This document shows positions 25,881 to 38,738 of a stretch of DNA of 64,000 nucleotides, one piece after another. Within the stretch, counting starts at the first letter, position 1. Each line of letters starts with the position of its first letter. The notes under the pieces are model-generated. The model was not told the DNA's origin, did not search any database, and was given only the letters and a program-made list of their open reading frames with translations. The position numbers were made by a program, and so were the translations under genes. The stretch is from positions 1,240,001 to 1,304,000 of the forward strand of contig CM068756.1 in the NCBI GenBank assembly GCA_035084275.1, given 5' to 3'. This stretch comes from Hydrolagus colliei. Taxonomy: Eukaryota.

Positions 25881-26023
25881 TGTACCGTGTTCACCTCAGT
25901 TTCTGAGAGCAACACAACGCCAATTCAGTCAGTCTGAAGAGTTCACCTGCATTTTCAGTTTTGCAGCCCAATGCCCCATCCCCCCTTACATATCTGCCCT
26001 GTTACACAACTTTCTATATCTAC

Positions 26024-26151
26024 CTGCTGATCTGTGCTTGTCTCTTCGGATGTTCTTGGTCTTTTGGAGGAAAGAGGGGTGTCCATGCTCCCGGGCAGTG
26101 ATGGTCGTTTAGTCGTGGTGGAGTCCTGTGACTCACGGTCACTGGCAGACA
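26024..26151 (-). CDS. ZFHX3: ZFHX3 internal exon (128 nt, ...KRPSLPGSMDTPLSSKRPRTSEE...Q)
   Basis: Acceptor ttttctcctctcgctgtag|TG, donor CAG|gtagat. Phase 1 in, phase 0 out; carries the PLSSKRP motif typical of ZFHX3. Confidence 0.9.
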
Positions 26152-26474
26152 CTACAGCGAGAGGAGAAAAAAACAGACACTCAACCTGATCTTTTTGTTT
26201 AACCTCACGCAAATCTCCACGTAGATTGAATTATAAACCATCGGTTTTGACAAACAAGAAAGGCTCTCAAGTTGAGAAACATTAGCTTTTGAGTATTCTG
26301 CGAAAAAAGTAAACATTTGACCATAAAGTGAGCTGAAATCCGATGCAAATTCAGATTTTAATCTTTGAGACCCATTGAAACCTTCAATATGTAAAATGGA
26401 AGTTGCCAAGCCACGATATGGATGAATGAAAAAACTGCAGCAGGAACAGCAATGGTTCTGTCTCATCCAGAAGC

Positions 26475-26545
26475 TAATAATAATCTGTACATTTGGTACA
26501 TAGCATCTTTCACAACGGAAGCCATCTCAAAGCATTTCACAGGAT
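26475..26545 (-). mobile_element. SINE tail fragment
   Basis: taataataat...catttggtacatagcatctttcac...tctcaaagcatttcacag. Confidence 0.65.
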
Positions 26546-29500
26546 CTACCGGTGCATTTAATAAATAAATATACGGTAGTTGGAATATTGTATCCCGCTT
26601 TGGCCACTCCACTTTAGGAGAGACATCAAAGGTAATAGAGTGAGTGCAGAGGAAATTTGCTAGGATCATACCAGGGATTAGTGGTTTGAATGTTTTGAAT
26701 ACTACTGGAGCTTGTTGTTGCATTGTAACTAAAGAAAAGTCCAAGATGGACACAATATTTGCAAAAGACAATTTAGATTTTTAATAATACAGGAATGTCT
26801 TTATTATTGCAGTTAACCGACGGGGATTATTTAATTTAAGATCCAGTTTATTGCATAATACGAGTGCAAATGTTGTGAGTTGTAGCCAGCTCCTTTCCAT
26901 GTGAATCAATCTGAGGCAGAGATGTTCATTGGACACAGCGTTCTAAAATACAATATAATAGTTCCATCTGAAAGCAATGCAGTATTTATAGGAGCTTTGG
27001 TTGGTTGTCTCAATGTATCGTTAGATAAACGCTCAATAGCTGACATTAATCTGTGTTACTCTGGCCAAATATTTTGACCACTCAGCAGTCATAAATCTGA
27101 CTGACAGGCCCTCCGAATGGTTCAGCCGTTAAAGCAAACCACCCGGTACAAGGCTGAGCCTTAGAGTGCAAGAAACTTTAATTCCTTAGATTTTTACTGG
27201 CGTCGTTTGAGAAGATATTATTATTATCATAATTTTTATTATTATTATCATTTCAGGATAGGCAGCAAAAAGAATCTAGGGTGTTATGGAGGATTGAAAT
27301 TGGCCAGGTTTCTGACTCCTGATCTCTCAATCAAGATATTCCTGTTTGTCAACATTTTCATTTTGACACACGGATCTGGCTAGAATCTGTGAATGGGTTT
27401 TGTAGTTTGGATAACTTTCCGAATTTGGATTGCTATTGGCAGTGTTCTTAATGAACGGAAGAAGCAAGAGTCTTGGCACAATAGCGTTGTTCCCTCCCCC
27501 ATCCTCACACTGAATGCGATACTTTCACACTCTAATTTCCATCACTGTTAATTGTCATCTAAACAATCAGTCCATGCTGTTTCCTACATTCACACTGGCA
27601 TAATTTAAACTCTAACATTGATGTTAGGCAAATATAAAACAATTAGGGACAGATTATATGATGGTGTCTGTGGCATATGTTAACTTAAGTCCTTTGTCCC
27701 AATTAGCAGATTGTAAATGGCATCTTTAACACCCTGTCTTACAGCAAAGCAGCCCACACAATGCAAATGGAAAGACTCTGGCAATTGTCCAAGACTGCCA
27801 CAGGCATCATCAACAACAAATTATGAGTCCAAAAAGCTCTGTTATGTGATAAGTGTGAGAGTGCAATGCAAACACAGCTGCACAATGTGCAACAGGCACA
27901 CACCAAGATAGTCAGTACTATGTAGATTAATCAAAATTTAATTTAACGGGATAAAAATAAATGTTTCTTGATCTATCACTTGCATTACCATTCGCAGGCA
28001 ATGAAGGTTTTAATGTTACAACACATAGTAGGCTGGTGTTGGTCATTTCTGCTTTAACACCTTTCTCATCTCTTTTGAACATTAACAAGCCGAGTGCACA
28101 AGTGACGTTGTGTGTCTCACTGCTGAAGCAGAGGGAATGATTTGGAATACAACTATGACATGACCACAACTATGCTAGACTATTTAGTGATGTCCATCTG
28201 TCAAATCAATCAGTATTGTATGAACCTATGGCTTCGGAATTGGTTATAAATGGTAAGTAAAGTGGTTTGATGTGATCTGCAAATGAGTAACAGTCTGGTC
28301 TACTGGAGCCATATTTCTGCTGGAAAAATTCTAGTCTGGAAAACATTAATTGAAAGGGGATGAGGTGGGGGGTGGGGGGGTGGAGGGGGATGATAGGAAA
28401 GTGGGGGTGTGTGAAGGGGGGAATATAATAGAGTGGGGGGGTGGTTAAGGAGAGGAAAAAAATCTACAGTCATACAATGACAGGGCCTCATAAACATGGC
28501 TATGATCACACGGCTAGTTCCTGAATAATTGTTGAGGGTATAATGAGCCTCGAGGCAATGGAAGGAAAATGTAAGACAAAGACACAATGGTTAATTTGCC
28601 AGTGGGAACACAGAAGGCAAACATTTTTAAATTACTTAATGCCTGAATTGCTGGCAGGAAAACTGCAGTACGCAAAGATGGACTGGTCAAGAGAAGGCAA
28701 TTTTTTATTTCCGTTTGTCACATTTGCCGTGCCTCTCAGCTTTTAATAATTAATTGGCTGGATTTCTGCAAGCTCGGAAAATAGAGAAACCCGTCAGAGG
28801 TGATTAGGAGGTATTACTGAACTTCTTCGACATGGAAACTGTAGAGCTAAGGAAAGCATTCTTACCCTTGCAACCCCCTCCCCCCCCCCCCCCCCACCAC
28901 CCAACAATACTCAAGAGTCTCTGAAAATATATGAAGGTTTAGTTAGAGACACATTCAGGATTTTAGACCTATATATTGCGCTCGTGGCATGTGGCAGAGA
29001 GTGACAAATAAAATAGTTTGAGAAAGAACAAAGCAGTTTAGAAAAAATGTCAATCGGCTTGCAGAGATAAAGTGCTTGAGCATCTCGTGCTTGGGATGCA
29101 AGGCTCCAGACTGACGTGGAGGGGTTCATTTGACAGAGGAATGGAAGGTCTGGAGGGCAAAGAATAACTTAGCAAAGCATTGTACAGAAGTACTATCTTG
29201 CGCTTAAATCATTTGGGAAGAGGGATAACAGCAGTGAGCCAAAGAGGGAGTGGCAGAAAGACAATTTCTGGTCCAACTATGCCTCAGGCACTAACAGACA
29301 GAAGCACCATATAGCGATCTATTTTTCCATCGCCAGCCAGATAGAGACACAGATATTTCTTGTACATATCACAAAGTTAAAATAATTCGCTTTTAAACCT
29401 CTAAACCCGTGCATTTATGTGAAAATCAATTATGGAAACAGCAGTAAAAGATGGATTAAGCAATAGCCTTCGGGCCAGAATTATGAGTGGTTGCTTAAGA

Positions 29501-30438
29501 CTGGTCCCTGGTAAATCCAGGTGACACTCACTAAAATATGTATCCCTAAGCCCAATTATAATGACATTTAGGGTTAGCAGCACCTAAGCTGATGGCTGGG
29601 GTTTGCGAGCACAAGCTCCACTTAGATTTTTGCTAACCTGCCATTTCGTACCAGCAGGAAGTGACTGATTTAGGACACCTGATCAGCAGTGAAGAAAGGG
29701 AGCACCCCCTTAATGATGGGGAATCAGAAAGATGCAATATTATTTTGTCCCGAGAAGAATGGGAGGAGCATTCATGCTTCAATTTAATTTCGGTTTACAT
29801 TTAAACAAGAAAGCAATTGGATTTGGGGGCTTCCGCATGTGTCAGCCAGGAGTCTTTCTCTCTCTCATTATTTTGCCCGTCTCCCGCAACTCTTTCTGTA
29901 CCATACTGGTACTTTATTCTTTCTCTCACTGGTAATTGTTTCACTGGTTCCAAATAATATATACCAGCAAAGGTTTATTAAATGTCTTCTTCACAAATTG
30001 TTTAGCAAAGCGCAACGCTAATGCACTTTTACTGGAGGATTCTGTCCAAAAATATAATTTTCTTATGTGTTCAATTGTAAGCTTTTGAATTTTGCACATC
30101 CAAAACACATTACTGAAACCAATAGCAATATACAGTGTCCGTACCACAAGCTGAATTTTTTCTTTCTGTAATGACATAAAAAACCTTTCTGTTCTACCTT
30201 CTGTACAATGTTCAATGTGCTTCTCTTGTTGTTAATGCTTTCAGAGGAGAACAATAGCCCCTTAAACCTTGAAACATTTTAGTCAGTCTGAATTACTTCT
30301 CTGAACATCTCTTAAAAACGTTTCTATGCAAAAGCACCCGGCGTACACAGACGCAGCTTAACCCAACTGTCATGTATTTTCAATTCTGTGTTATTTATCC
30401 CTGTTGAATATTCTCAGTTGCCCCTTTCTAGCTCACTG

Positions 30439-30600
30439 CAGTAAAAGCATCTTTATCCGGCACCCGCGATCAACCGTAACTTCCGTATAACCGGCATCGC
30501 ATAAAAGGTCCACATTCGATTAACTGGAATTTATCCGGACAAAAATGCATTGACATTTATTTGGGGGTGTTTTCGGCCGAATATCCGGCAGGCAGCAGGC
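30439..30600 (+). mobile_element. Tigger/pogo-like DNA transposon left end
   Basis: TIR-like cagtaaaagcatctttatccggca followed by repeated a(t/a)ccgg motifs. No matching right TIR seen, and the preceding dinucleotide is TG rather than TA. Confidence 0.45.
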
Positions 30601-30601
30601 T

Positions 30602-30853
30602 GGACGCCTCAAAGTGCTTCACACAATATACTGTAAAGTGAATCGACTGTCTATTTGAGGGCGAAACGCAGCAGCCAATTGCACACAGCAGTGTCACACG
30701 GTGTGGAATGAGTGACCAAACGTTTTTTAATATAGGGATTATTGTTAGGATTGTGGAGTAAGGAAACTTGCCCAAGGTTTCACCCTGCCTGGAATCAAAC
30801 CCAGGTCTCTCACTTGCAAGGTGAGTACTCTAACCGCTGAGCTATAGGAGTCC
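30602..30853 (-). mobile_element. tRNA-SINE copy with truncated 3' tail
   Basis: Head tatagctcagcggttagag...gggtttgattccaggcaggg followed by the family body. Confidence 0.85.
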
Positions 30854-31046
30854 ATGATTCTCCGGAGTTGGTACAAACAGTTGAGCTCAAACTGGTCCAT
30901 GATAAAACACCGGGAAATTGTTCTCCATTAAATCAAGATGGAAATATACCAACAATCACATTTGCCAAATCCTTTTCCAATTAAAAAATAAATTTTTAGT
31001 ACTAAATAAAAGAATATAGTTTAGAAATGTATATCAAATATATTTT

Positions 31047-31185
31047 TAAAAACCACAAAATACTGCAGATGCTGGATATCGGCAATAAAAACAGAATTTG
31101 CTGGGAACACTCAGCAGGTCAGGCAGCATCTATGGAGAAAGGAAAAGCGAGTCAACGTTTTGGGTCCATGACCCTTCGTCAGATC
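31047..31185 (-). mobile_element. Penelope-like retroelement terminal fragment
   Basis: Minus strand ctgacgaagggtc...tctccatagatgctgcctgacctgctgagtgttcccagca...tccagcatctgcagtatttt, recalled as an abundant chondrichthyan PLE-end motif; not database-checked. Confidence 0.65.
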
Positions 31186-32117
31186 TCAACTAAAATAATA
31201 ATAAAATAAACAATATAATGCACACAGATTCTAAGAGTAAAACAATGAACACAATAAAAAACAGAATGTTTTACCGAGAGCTTTGATAAATGGTATTTTT
31301 CTGCAAGTTACCAAACATAAACAACAGGTAAGTAGGTCTCCCTCTCCTTCTCTGTCAATGACTCCATTGTCACATCTGATCTCCTTGCTGGCCTCGTGCC
31401 TCAACAGTTAACAACAACAAATTACATTTGTATAGGGCTTTGAGGTGTGGGCAAACCATTTCAGAGGTCTACCCACACCTCTTAACAAAAGCTCTTCAAC
31501 TTCAACCATTCATTCAAAATCAGATTGGGGCTTCAAAGGATTTATTCAATTCCAGAATGAAAAGAATTTGGCAATTGTTTTTTTGTGGACAATGTCCTTG
31601 ATTTTCTTAGCTCTGAAACTGTTCAGACCTGAGCATAAATAGTTAGAAGGCAATGTTAGCAGGCACAGACATAATCCAGCCACTACTGTTGATTGTTCTG
31701 ACAGCGGGTTGTCTTATATTCATACACATCTATATTGCCTTTTGACAGCTTCCGTTTTACAAATTGTCACATCTACCGTAATTCCAATGGCTGTGTTCGC
31801 CAAAGATTTCAACTATGTTTGGCTGAAATGCTCACAACCAAACTTTCTCTCATTTCCCCCCCAAACACAAAATCAAGGATAATTCCAGGAGCAGAGTTAC
31901 AGTCTATTCACAGTCCAGTTGCTATTTAGAGGTGGCTTCCCTACAATGGATGTGTCCCTGGAGGTACGGAAGCGCTCTATCTGAAGTGGTATCAGCGAGG
32001 AAAATCTCTTGGCACACACACATATCCTGCAGGACACCAACTATCAGCTGATCATAGAGTCAATAGCAGATGGAGAAGGAAATGTCACGTCACATTCAGA
32101 GTAATAATAAATTAAAA

Positions 32118-32186
32118 AATAATAATAATAATCCTTGCATTTGATATAGCGCCTTTCACGTCTTCTAGACGTCTCAAAGCACTTAA
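32118..32186 (-). mobile_element. SINE tail fragment
   Basis: aataataatccttgcatttgatatagcgcctttcacgtc...gacgtctcaaagcactt. Confidence 0.85.
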
Positions 32187-32474
32187 AGGATGAAGTACGA
32201 AGGATGCTACAAATCGGCAAATGGTTCGCAGCTTATCTGTCTGCTGAAGCATTAAATTCATTAAATATTTGCTTTTGCTCTCCCCCACTCACACCACCCC
32301 CACCACCAACAAAACACTGCATCTTATTTTTCCAAAAGAAAATTGTTGCTTTGAGAGGATCCAGGAAAGAACAAAAGGATGAGTCTGGATTTCGGACTCT
32401 ACGTGATGTGGAAACTCACTGACCAGAACTGGTTCTAATTATATTGAACAGTGGAGAAAGGGGAAGGGGAGGAG

Positions 32475-32885
32475 GGAGAAAGACATGATCCAAATGATAA
32501 GAGGTGTACGTGAGGCAGATGTAAGAACCTGAATATGACTCCGACAATGATAACAGAACTGGAGGGCATAGGTTTAAAATTAAAACCATTTCAAGTGGAA
32601 CTAGAAATTAAAAGGTTTTTATTCCCCCCATTAAGTGGTGGATATGCTTGGAGGGCAAGGTTGCCTGTGGAGGGGAGGGTCAAGGTTGAATGGTGGAGAA
32701 GTGCTGAGATACTAATATCCTGGAGTTTTCCTTTGATGCTTAGAGAGAAACTGAGTAGAGCTTTCCCCCAGGAGCTCGGGTGGATGGGCTGAAGTCAATG
32801 ACGGAATCGACTGTGACTGGGCTATGGAGGGAGAGGGCTAATTAATGAGCAAGCGCCCCTCTACTCGTTCCGTGCTTGCTTATGG
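32475..32885 (+). mobile_element. Degenerate CR1-like 3' end
   Basis: agaactggagggcataggtttaaaatt (RTGGHRFKI), then KRFLF, ending ctactcgttcc...cttatg. Confidence 0.5.
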
Positions 32886-33334
32886 TCTGAATTTTGTTTG
32901 GTCAGCCAGGTGTCTGACACATTCATAAACTGTTCACCGTGCTTAAGAGCATGCAAACCGAACAGCATTTCATGCATCATGTCTACACTTGGAACTTCCA
33001 GAAATATTTATTGGAATGGAATGCGCACTTTCTCTCTGGAGGGAAGTATTCTTGCTTGCCTAATTCCGGAACACAGTAGGCGCAGGTTGGAAAGAGCCAA
33101 GGCTTAGGGATTCCAGAGTGTGCATTGGGGAACCCGCTGGAGTCTGACCAGCTAAAACCCCATAGCTTGCCATTGAGATCACATCTAAATCTATAGAGGG
33201 ACGAAGGATTGACACTTGCCAATTTCGTCTAAATTACGGATCTGTTATTGATAAATTTGAACGTTTCCTTGATAAACGCCGCTTACTTTGCATATTTTGA
33301 AGAAACAACATTCATTAATAAATCCAGTCTGTCC

Positions 33335-33425
33335 ATTTTACAGTATATCCTGTGAAGACTTTGAGATGTCTCGACAATGTGTTGAGGCAGCTAAATCAAA
33401 TGCAAGGCTTATTATTATTTATTAT
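33335..33425 (+). mobile_element. SINE tail fragment
   Basis: tttacagtatatcctgtgaagactttgagatgtc...tcaaatgcaaggcttattatt. Confidence 0.75.
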
Positions 33426-36400
33426 AATAATTAAATTAATGGAACTGCAAAGGAACGATGGGGTATGTGCAAATGCTGATATGTGGTATGTGAGAGTACT
33501 TGTCTGTGTGTGAGTGCCCGTGAGCATGTGTGTATGTGAGTGTAGGGGTAAGAGATAGAAACCCAATGCTATTGTCATGTTAAAATGGGACACTTGGAGC
33601 TCATCTTGTAACATATAATAATTGGTGTCCAAACTGAACACTTTCACAAGCCCAATTTCAAGAAAATGAAGGCGAACATCATTTATTCCTCACCTCTTCC
33701 ATACTCGAAAATCCAAATGCTTGCAAATCACATGGATTCAAATGTCGAGAGAAGATCCAAATGATCGCAATATATTTACAGTCAACTTGTTCCTGTGGTT
33801 TTGCATGAAATCAAGCTAGTTAAGTTCATTTCCATCAAACAGAATGATCAAGCGAAGCTGGACTTTTTATATACCCTCCTGCGATCTCATCTTTCGGAGG
33901 AACGGGAGGCGAGAGGGTAGGGAAGAAAATGACGATATACTTCACAGAACTGACATAAAAGAACGAGGAAAATCAAAATTATTTATGGCTTCAAAATAGT
34001 TTGATGGCGGAATACTCAGAATGCTGAGAATTGAATTTCAAGGCATCTCAAGGTGCGTGAATATTCCTTTGTCAGCGTGCTTCAAAACGACTTTCTTTCA
34101 AATTCGCCAAATTGTGGAAAAAGTCACTGGAATTCCAAAGCTCCAAAAAACTGTTGAAAGTCTGTGGGAGAATGCAGCAGGCAGCCACGTCGATTCGAAC
34201 AGCTTTCCCCGAAGCGAACACTGACCTATAACCTCTTCTGCAACGGTAACCTGACTACCGTTGACTGCTGAGCTGGAGTAACGCAGTCCCATTGTTCTCC
34301 TCAAGCAGGGACAAGTGAAATGGCATTTCTCCCCTCTCGCTTCGGCTTAATGATCATTATCCATTTTCGCTTGATAAAAGCAATGTGTGACATCTGGATA
34401 TTTCAAATGATGGATTGGGTCCAGATTAAACATGCATTGCAACATTCATATACTGGGAGCCTTTGGATCTTATTCTGCCAGGAAAATGAATGTCATTGAC
34501 CATACATTACTGTATAGACTTGATCTACTTCAGATTTAGAGTAAAATCCGTGAACACAAAGCAATCTTTCACTCATATCCTTTCAAAATCTCTCCCTTTT
34601 TTGGGAGTTTGCTGAGTGATTGTCATTTAAGTGAATAAATAATAAATGAGAGCAGAGGCCTGAGTGCCAGATGTGGCTGAAACAGGTCATACAGGACAAT
34701 GGTTATTGCAGAAATTTAGTGTCAAGGAAACATATGCTGCTGGAATGTGGCTGTGAGTAAAACTGTCCATCTCTGCTAAACTGCTACAGATTCTTCCAGG
34801 TTTGCACTGAAAACCTGGAAGAATTTGGTTCTTTGGTTCTGGGTTTCAAGCAAAGCCTACATTATGTATCCAAGTGCATTCATGCAGTGTTGCCTGCCTA
34901 TGATGTTTGCTTCACACCTCTCGTGGCTGCGGGGTTTGAGTTCTGGCTGAGGACGAACTTTCCAAAGCCGCCTGCCAAGTGTTTACGCATGTGTCTCACT
35001 TGTAGTGGGTCCAAGTCACTAAGGCACTCCCATTCAACCCATTGTGCGTCTGCATGTCCGACCAGCTGAGAGAAGCCTTGGAGGACCCTCCTGTTCTGCT
35101 CGGCTGAAATGGGCAAAGCCTTGAAACCAGTCAACCACACCAGTATATGTGGCCACCTAAAACTATGCTTCCTTCCCCGACCCCCACCACCTCCCCACCC
35201 CCTGAAAATAGTCAAACTAACAGGCATTTTTAAAACCTGTATTTATGAAGTGCTACTCTCCCTGCGGAGCTTGGTGATGTCAGCAATTTCTTGTACAGCT
35301 TCACATCAGCAGCAGCACAAACAAACAATTTAAAGATTACCGTTTGGCTTTACCATTAACTACTTCTGGTTACCGACATGTGTTAAAGTGACCGTGAACG
35401 CCCAGGATTGCGCTGAGGAATTCCCAGTCCTGGTGGCCGGGATAATGTCTTGACATTTTGACATGTGCACGTACACGCAGTTCTGTGGCCAAAATAACCC
35501 CCCCCACCCACCTCTTACATGGGGCACGGACATTGTGATTGAGTTTGTTTAAACAGTTTGCATACTTTGGCAATAAACCCCGAGGGGATTAGCAGCTGGT
35601 TTGTATTATTAGCTTTTTAACCGAGGCATCCAAGCTCGTTCAGGTGAGAGATGCAACATTCTTCCCCATCATTCAACAACCATCCCAAGACAAGGCTCGT
35701 GTTCCATGAGCCAGTGGGGCAGCCAACGCTCCAGTGTTTGTTTGCGTCTCTGTCTTGTTGCACGGGTGGTGAGGGCTGAAGGCAAAACGTAAGGAAGCCA
35801 GCTCGCTGTCTGCCAGGGCACAGCGCACCAAGAGTTAAATTTAGGCTGATTAAATGACATTGCTTCTGCGAGAAGAGGGAGGGTAGAGAGCCAGGTTAAC
35901 CACATCTGACCTCTAGCAAGGCTCCAGACATTAAAGTGTCATTCTCAATCAAAGATCATGCGTCAAAAATGATTACATCGCACGCCCGACATTCTCCACA
36001 CATACAACAATCTGCTTTAGCACCATACATTACACCAAAGCCACACAGGAAAGCTACCCAACACATTACCCCACAGGAACATGGGGAGGGCCATTTCTCT
36101 CTTTCGCATCAACATCAGTCAACTAAAGTATTTTTGACAGGCACATCAAATAAACTTCCATCTCCCAGTGAAAAAAAATCTAAGAGCCAATTAGGTAATC
36201 ATTAATTCATGCCGTTTTCCGTAAGTCTCGTGTTTTCAGCATTATGCAGCCATCATATAATACCGTAAACGAATAAACTTTTGCGGCTATAAATTTGCCT
36301 GTCGTTCTTTCACATATTAATAATAAAAATTCAACGATGTGCAACACTCTTTAACCTTTTAATCACTGGCTTCCAGTATCAATAGGCCAGATGCGTTGCG

Positions 36401-36624
36401 TTTATTTACACAAATGTTACATTTTATTTCAAACGATTCTTAATGGTGGCTGTTTAAAAAAAAATAGAAAATGTGCCCTATATTTCTCTCTACCCCCAGG
36501 ATTGCAATAGTGATTATAGACCGACGACAGTTTCCGATGAAGCCCCCAAATCAGATGGCTTTAGCCAGTGAACTCTCGCTTCAAATCTCTCTGCGTGGAG
36601 CTGAAATGAACAGGAATGGAAAAC

Positions 36625-36680
36625 AAATAATAATAACCCTTGCATTCGATGTAGCCGCTTTTCACGTCTCAAAGCACTTA
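36625..36680 (-). mobile_element. SINE tail fragment
   Basis: aataataacccttgcattcgatgtagccgcttttcacgtctcaaagcactt. Confidence 0.75.
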
Positions 36681-37229
36681 AATGTAAAGGTGATGTGATT
36701 TTTTTGCCAACGCTCAGATCAGTGAATCAATGCTGCTTGAGAATTGAGTGTTAGGTAAGGGAGAAACCAGAGAAAGAGAATGTCTCGCTTTCATAATCCA
36801 GCCAGGCTTGGAAAGTTTATTCTCCTTCTCCCACCTCCCATCCACCAATACAATTCTTAGGCGTTATATCATGCACCTGTCTATACCACTTAAATCCACT
36901 GTTTACCCGGTTCTTCGTGCGGATCAAGTGACCTTAGAGACTATTAAACAAAATAGAGTATTATTTTACGCAGTTGAGAGGCGAATGCAGCCCTGCGGAT
37001 AACATCATTGCTGGTATTCGTTCCAAGGTAAGGATAAATTCAACGGTGGGATGGAAATGTGATCAGCAGATAATATTAAATAAAGATTGCTGCACTGCCA
37101 CCTGACTGCCTCAGCTCACGTGGACCTGGAAAACACTGGCACTGGGAGCATTGGTCAACAATACAACATTTACATTTGTACGGCTCCTTGCACATCCCAG
37201 GGCACTGCTACAAGAGGCCTACAAAATGA

Positions 37230-37873
37230 TGTGCCTTTCTTGACAGGGTCAAGAGAGAGAAGCAATTTCAACTGGTAGAGGAGTCAATAACTTGGGGACA
37301 ACGATATAAAATAACTACAAGAAGAGTGAAAGGAGAGCTTAGGTGATTTTTTTTTTAACAAAAGCATGTTGTTGCGGTGTGGAACGCCCTACCAAGAAAA
37401 GTAGGTGATAGAGGCAGAGTCAGTAATAATCATCCTTGCATTTGATATAGCGCTTTTCACATCTTCCAGACGCCTGAAAGCGCTTCTCAGAATATACGGT
37501 AAAGTGAATTGACAGAATATATGTGGGCGAAACGTGGCAGCCAATTGCGCACAGCAATGTGTCCTACAAATAGTCGTGGATTGAAATGCCAATTTGTTTT
37601 TTGAGGGATTATTATTAGACCTGTGGCGTAAGGAAACTTGCCCATGGTTTTGTCCTCCCTGGAATTGAACCCTGGTCTCTTGCTTGTTAGGCGAATGCTC
37701 CACCACTGAGCTACTGGACTACAATCATGGGTTTCATAGGGGACGTAGACAGGAATATGGAAGTTAGAAGCTTGAAGGGATATGGGCAGTGGTGAGATTA
37801 AAAGTCCAGCTTGCATTGAGAGCCGTTGCAGATTTGATAGGCTGAAAGACCACTTCTGCACTGCAAATTTCTA
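37230..37873 (+). mobile_element. Degenerate CR1-like LINE 3' end, split by a SINE
   Basis: Broken frame reading ...QFQLVEESITWGQRYKI...GELR..FF...VAVWNALP...EAES, resuming after the SINE with ...LKGYG and a gataggctgaa...cttctgcactg 3' end. Confidence 0.7.
37424..37722 (-). mobile_element. Near-full-length tRNA-SINE inserted within a CR1 fragment
   Basis: A/B boxes gtagctcagtgg and gggttcaattcc on the minus strand; same body and tail as the other copies. Confidence 0.9.
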
Positions 37874-38715
37874 AAAAGATTGATCTTTCTCAAAGCAGTG
37901 AAAATAAGGAAGAAAAGAATCCCCACAAAATGTTCTTCAAAGCACCGCGACAACAGCTAGAAGATGCACGGGGAAGCGAAAGGGTTAATAATTCTTCTTA
38001 ATGAAGTGGAACATTGAAACCTGGTAGTATTTTGAGATGTGCTTCACAGTCCTCTTAAGCTTAATGTAAGAATAAAAATAGACATATGCTTTTAAGCGCA
38101 CTTTTACATAGTATAGACCATCTCTGGTGTATTTATCTGAGCTCCATTTAAATACAACTAAGATGAATCTCAAGAGCTTCAACAAAGTCTACATTAAGCT
38201 GGCACATCGATGCATACAGTAACTGATGACAAGCACACGAATGTAAGGGAACTTCTGACAGTACATCTGACAGACAAAAAAACACTTGCTGACAAGGTAA
38301 ATCACAGCTCCAGTAATATTAGGCCTCTCCCGTGGTTCATCATTGACCCCACTTTCTGCTTATCCCTGTTCTGGTAAATCGTTTGTAGATAAAGGCTTTG
38401 TGTCCCCTCTTCACTTAGAGCAAAATCATTTGTAAGGCTTCCCTCTGACTGGCAACATCTCTCACCAATAGGAGGGGGAATGTATGGCAGGATCGGATGG
38501 AGGTGGGAGGGGAAAGGCCAGAATTCTCAGTTGAATAATCTATGTCTGTAAACAGTCACATCCTCTGTTGCCTCTTGAGAACTGATAAAGAACCATATTG
38601 GTTGCTTTAAATGTCTGACAATCTGAAGCCAGGGTTTTGATGGACGTGGGGATTCTATACACACAGTACAGATAGCTTTTGCTATCAGTATTGTGCATCC
38701 CCCACCCACCCATCC

Positions 38716-38738
38716 CACACACACACACACACACACAC
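38716..38738. repeat. (CA)n microsatellite; similar runs near 22896, 39735, 52845, 53408 and 63155
   Basis: Direct reading. Confidence 0.9.

Noticed and set aside
34170-34290. Possible Penelope-like fragment
   Set aside because: Only patchy resemblance to 31047-31185.
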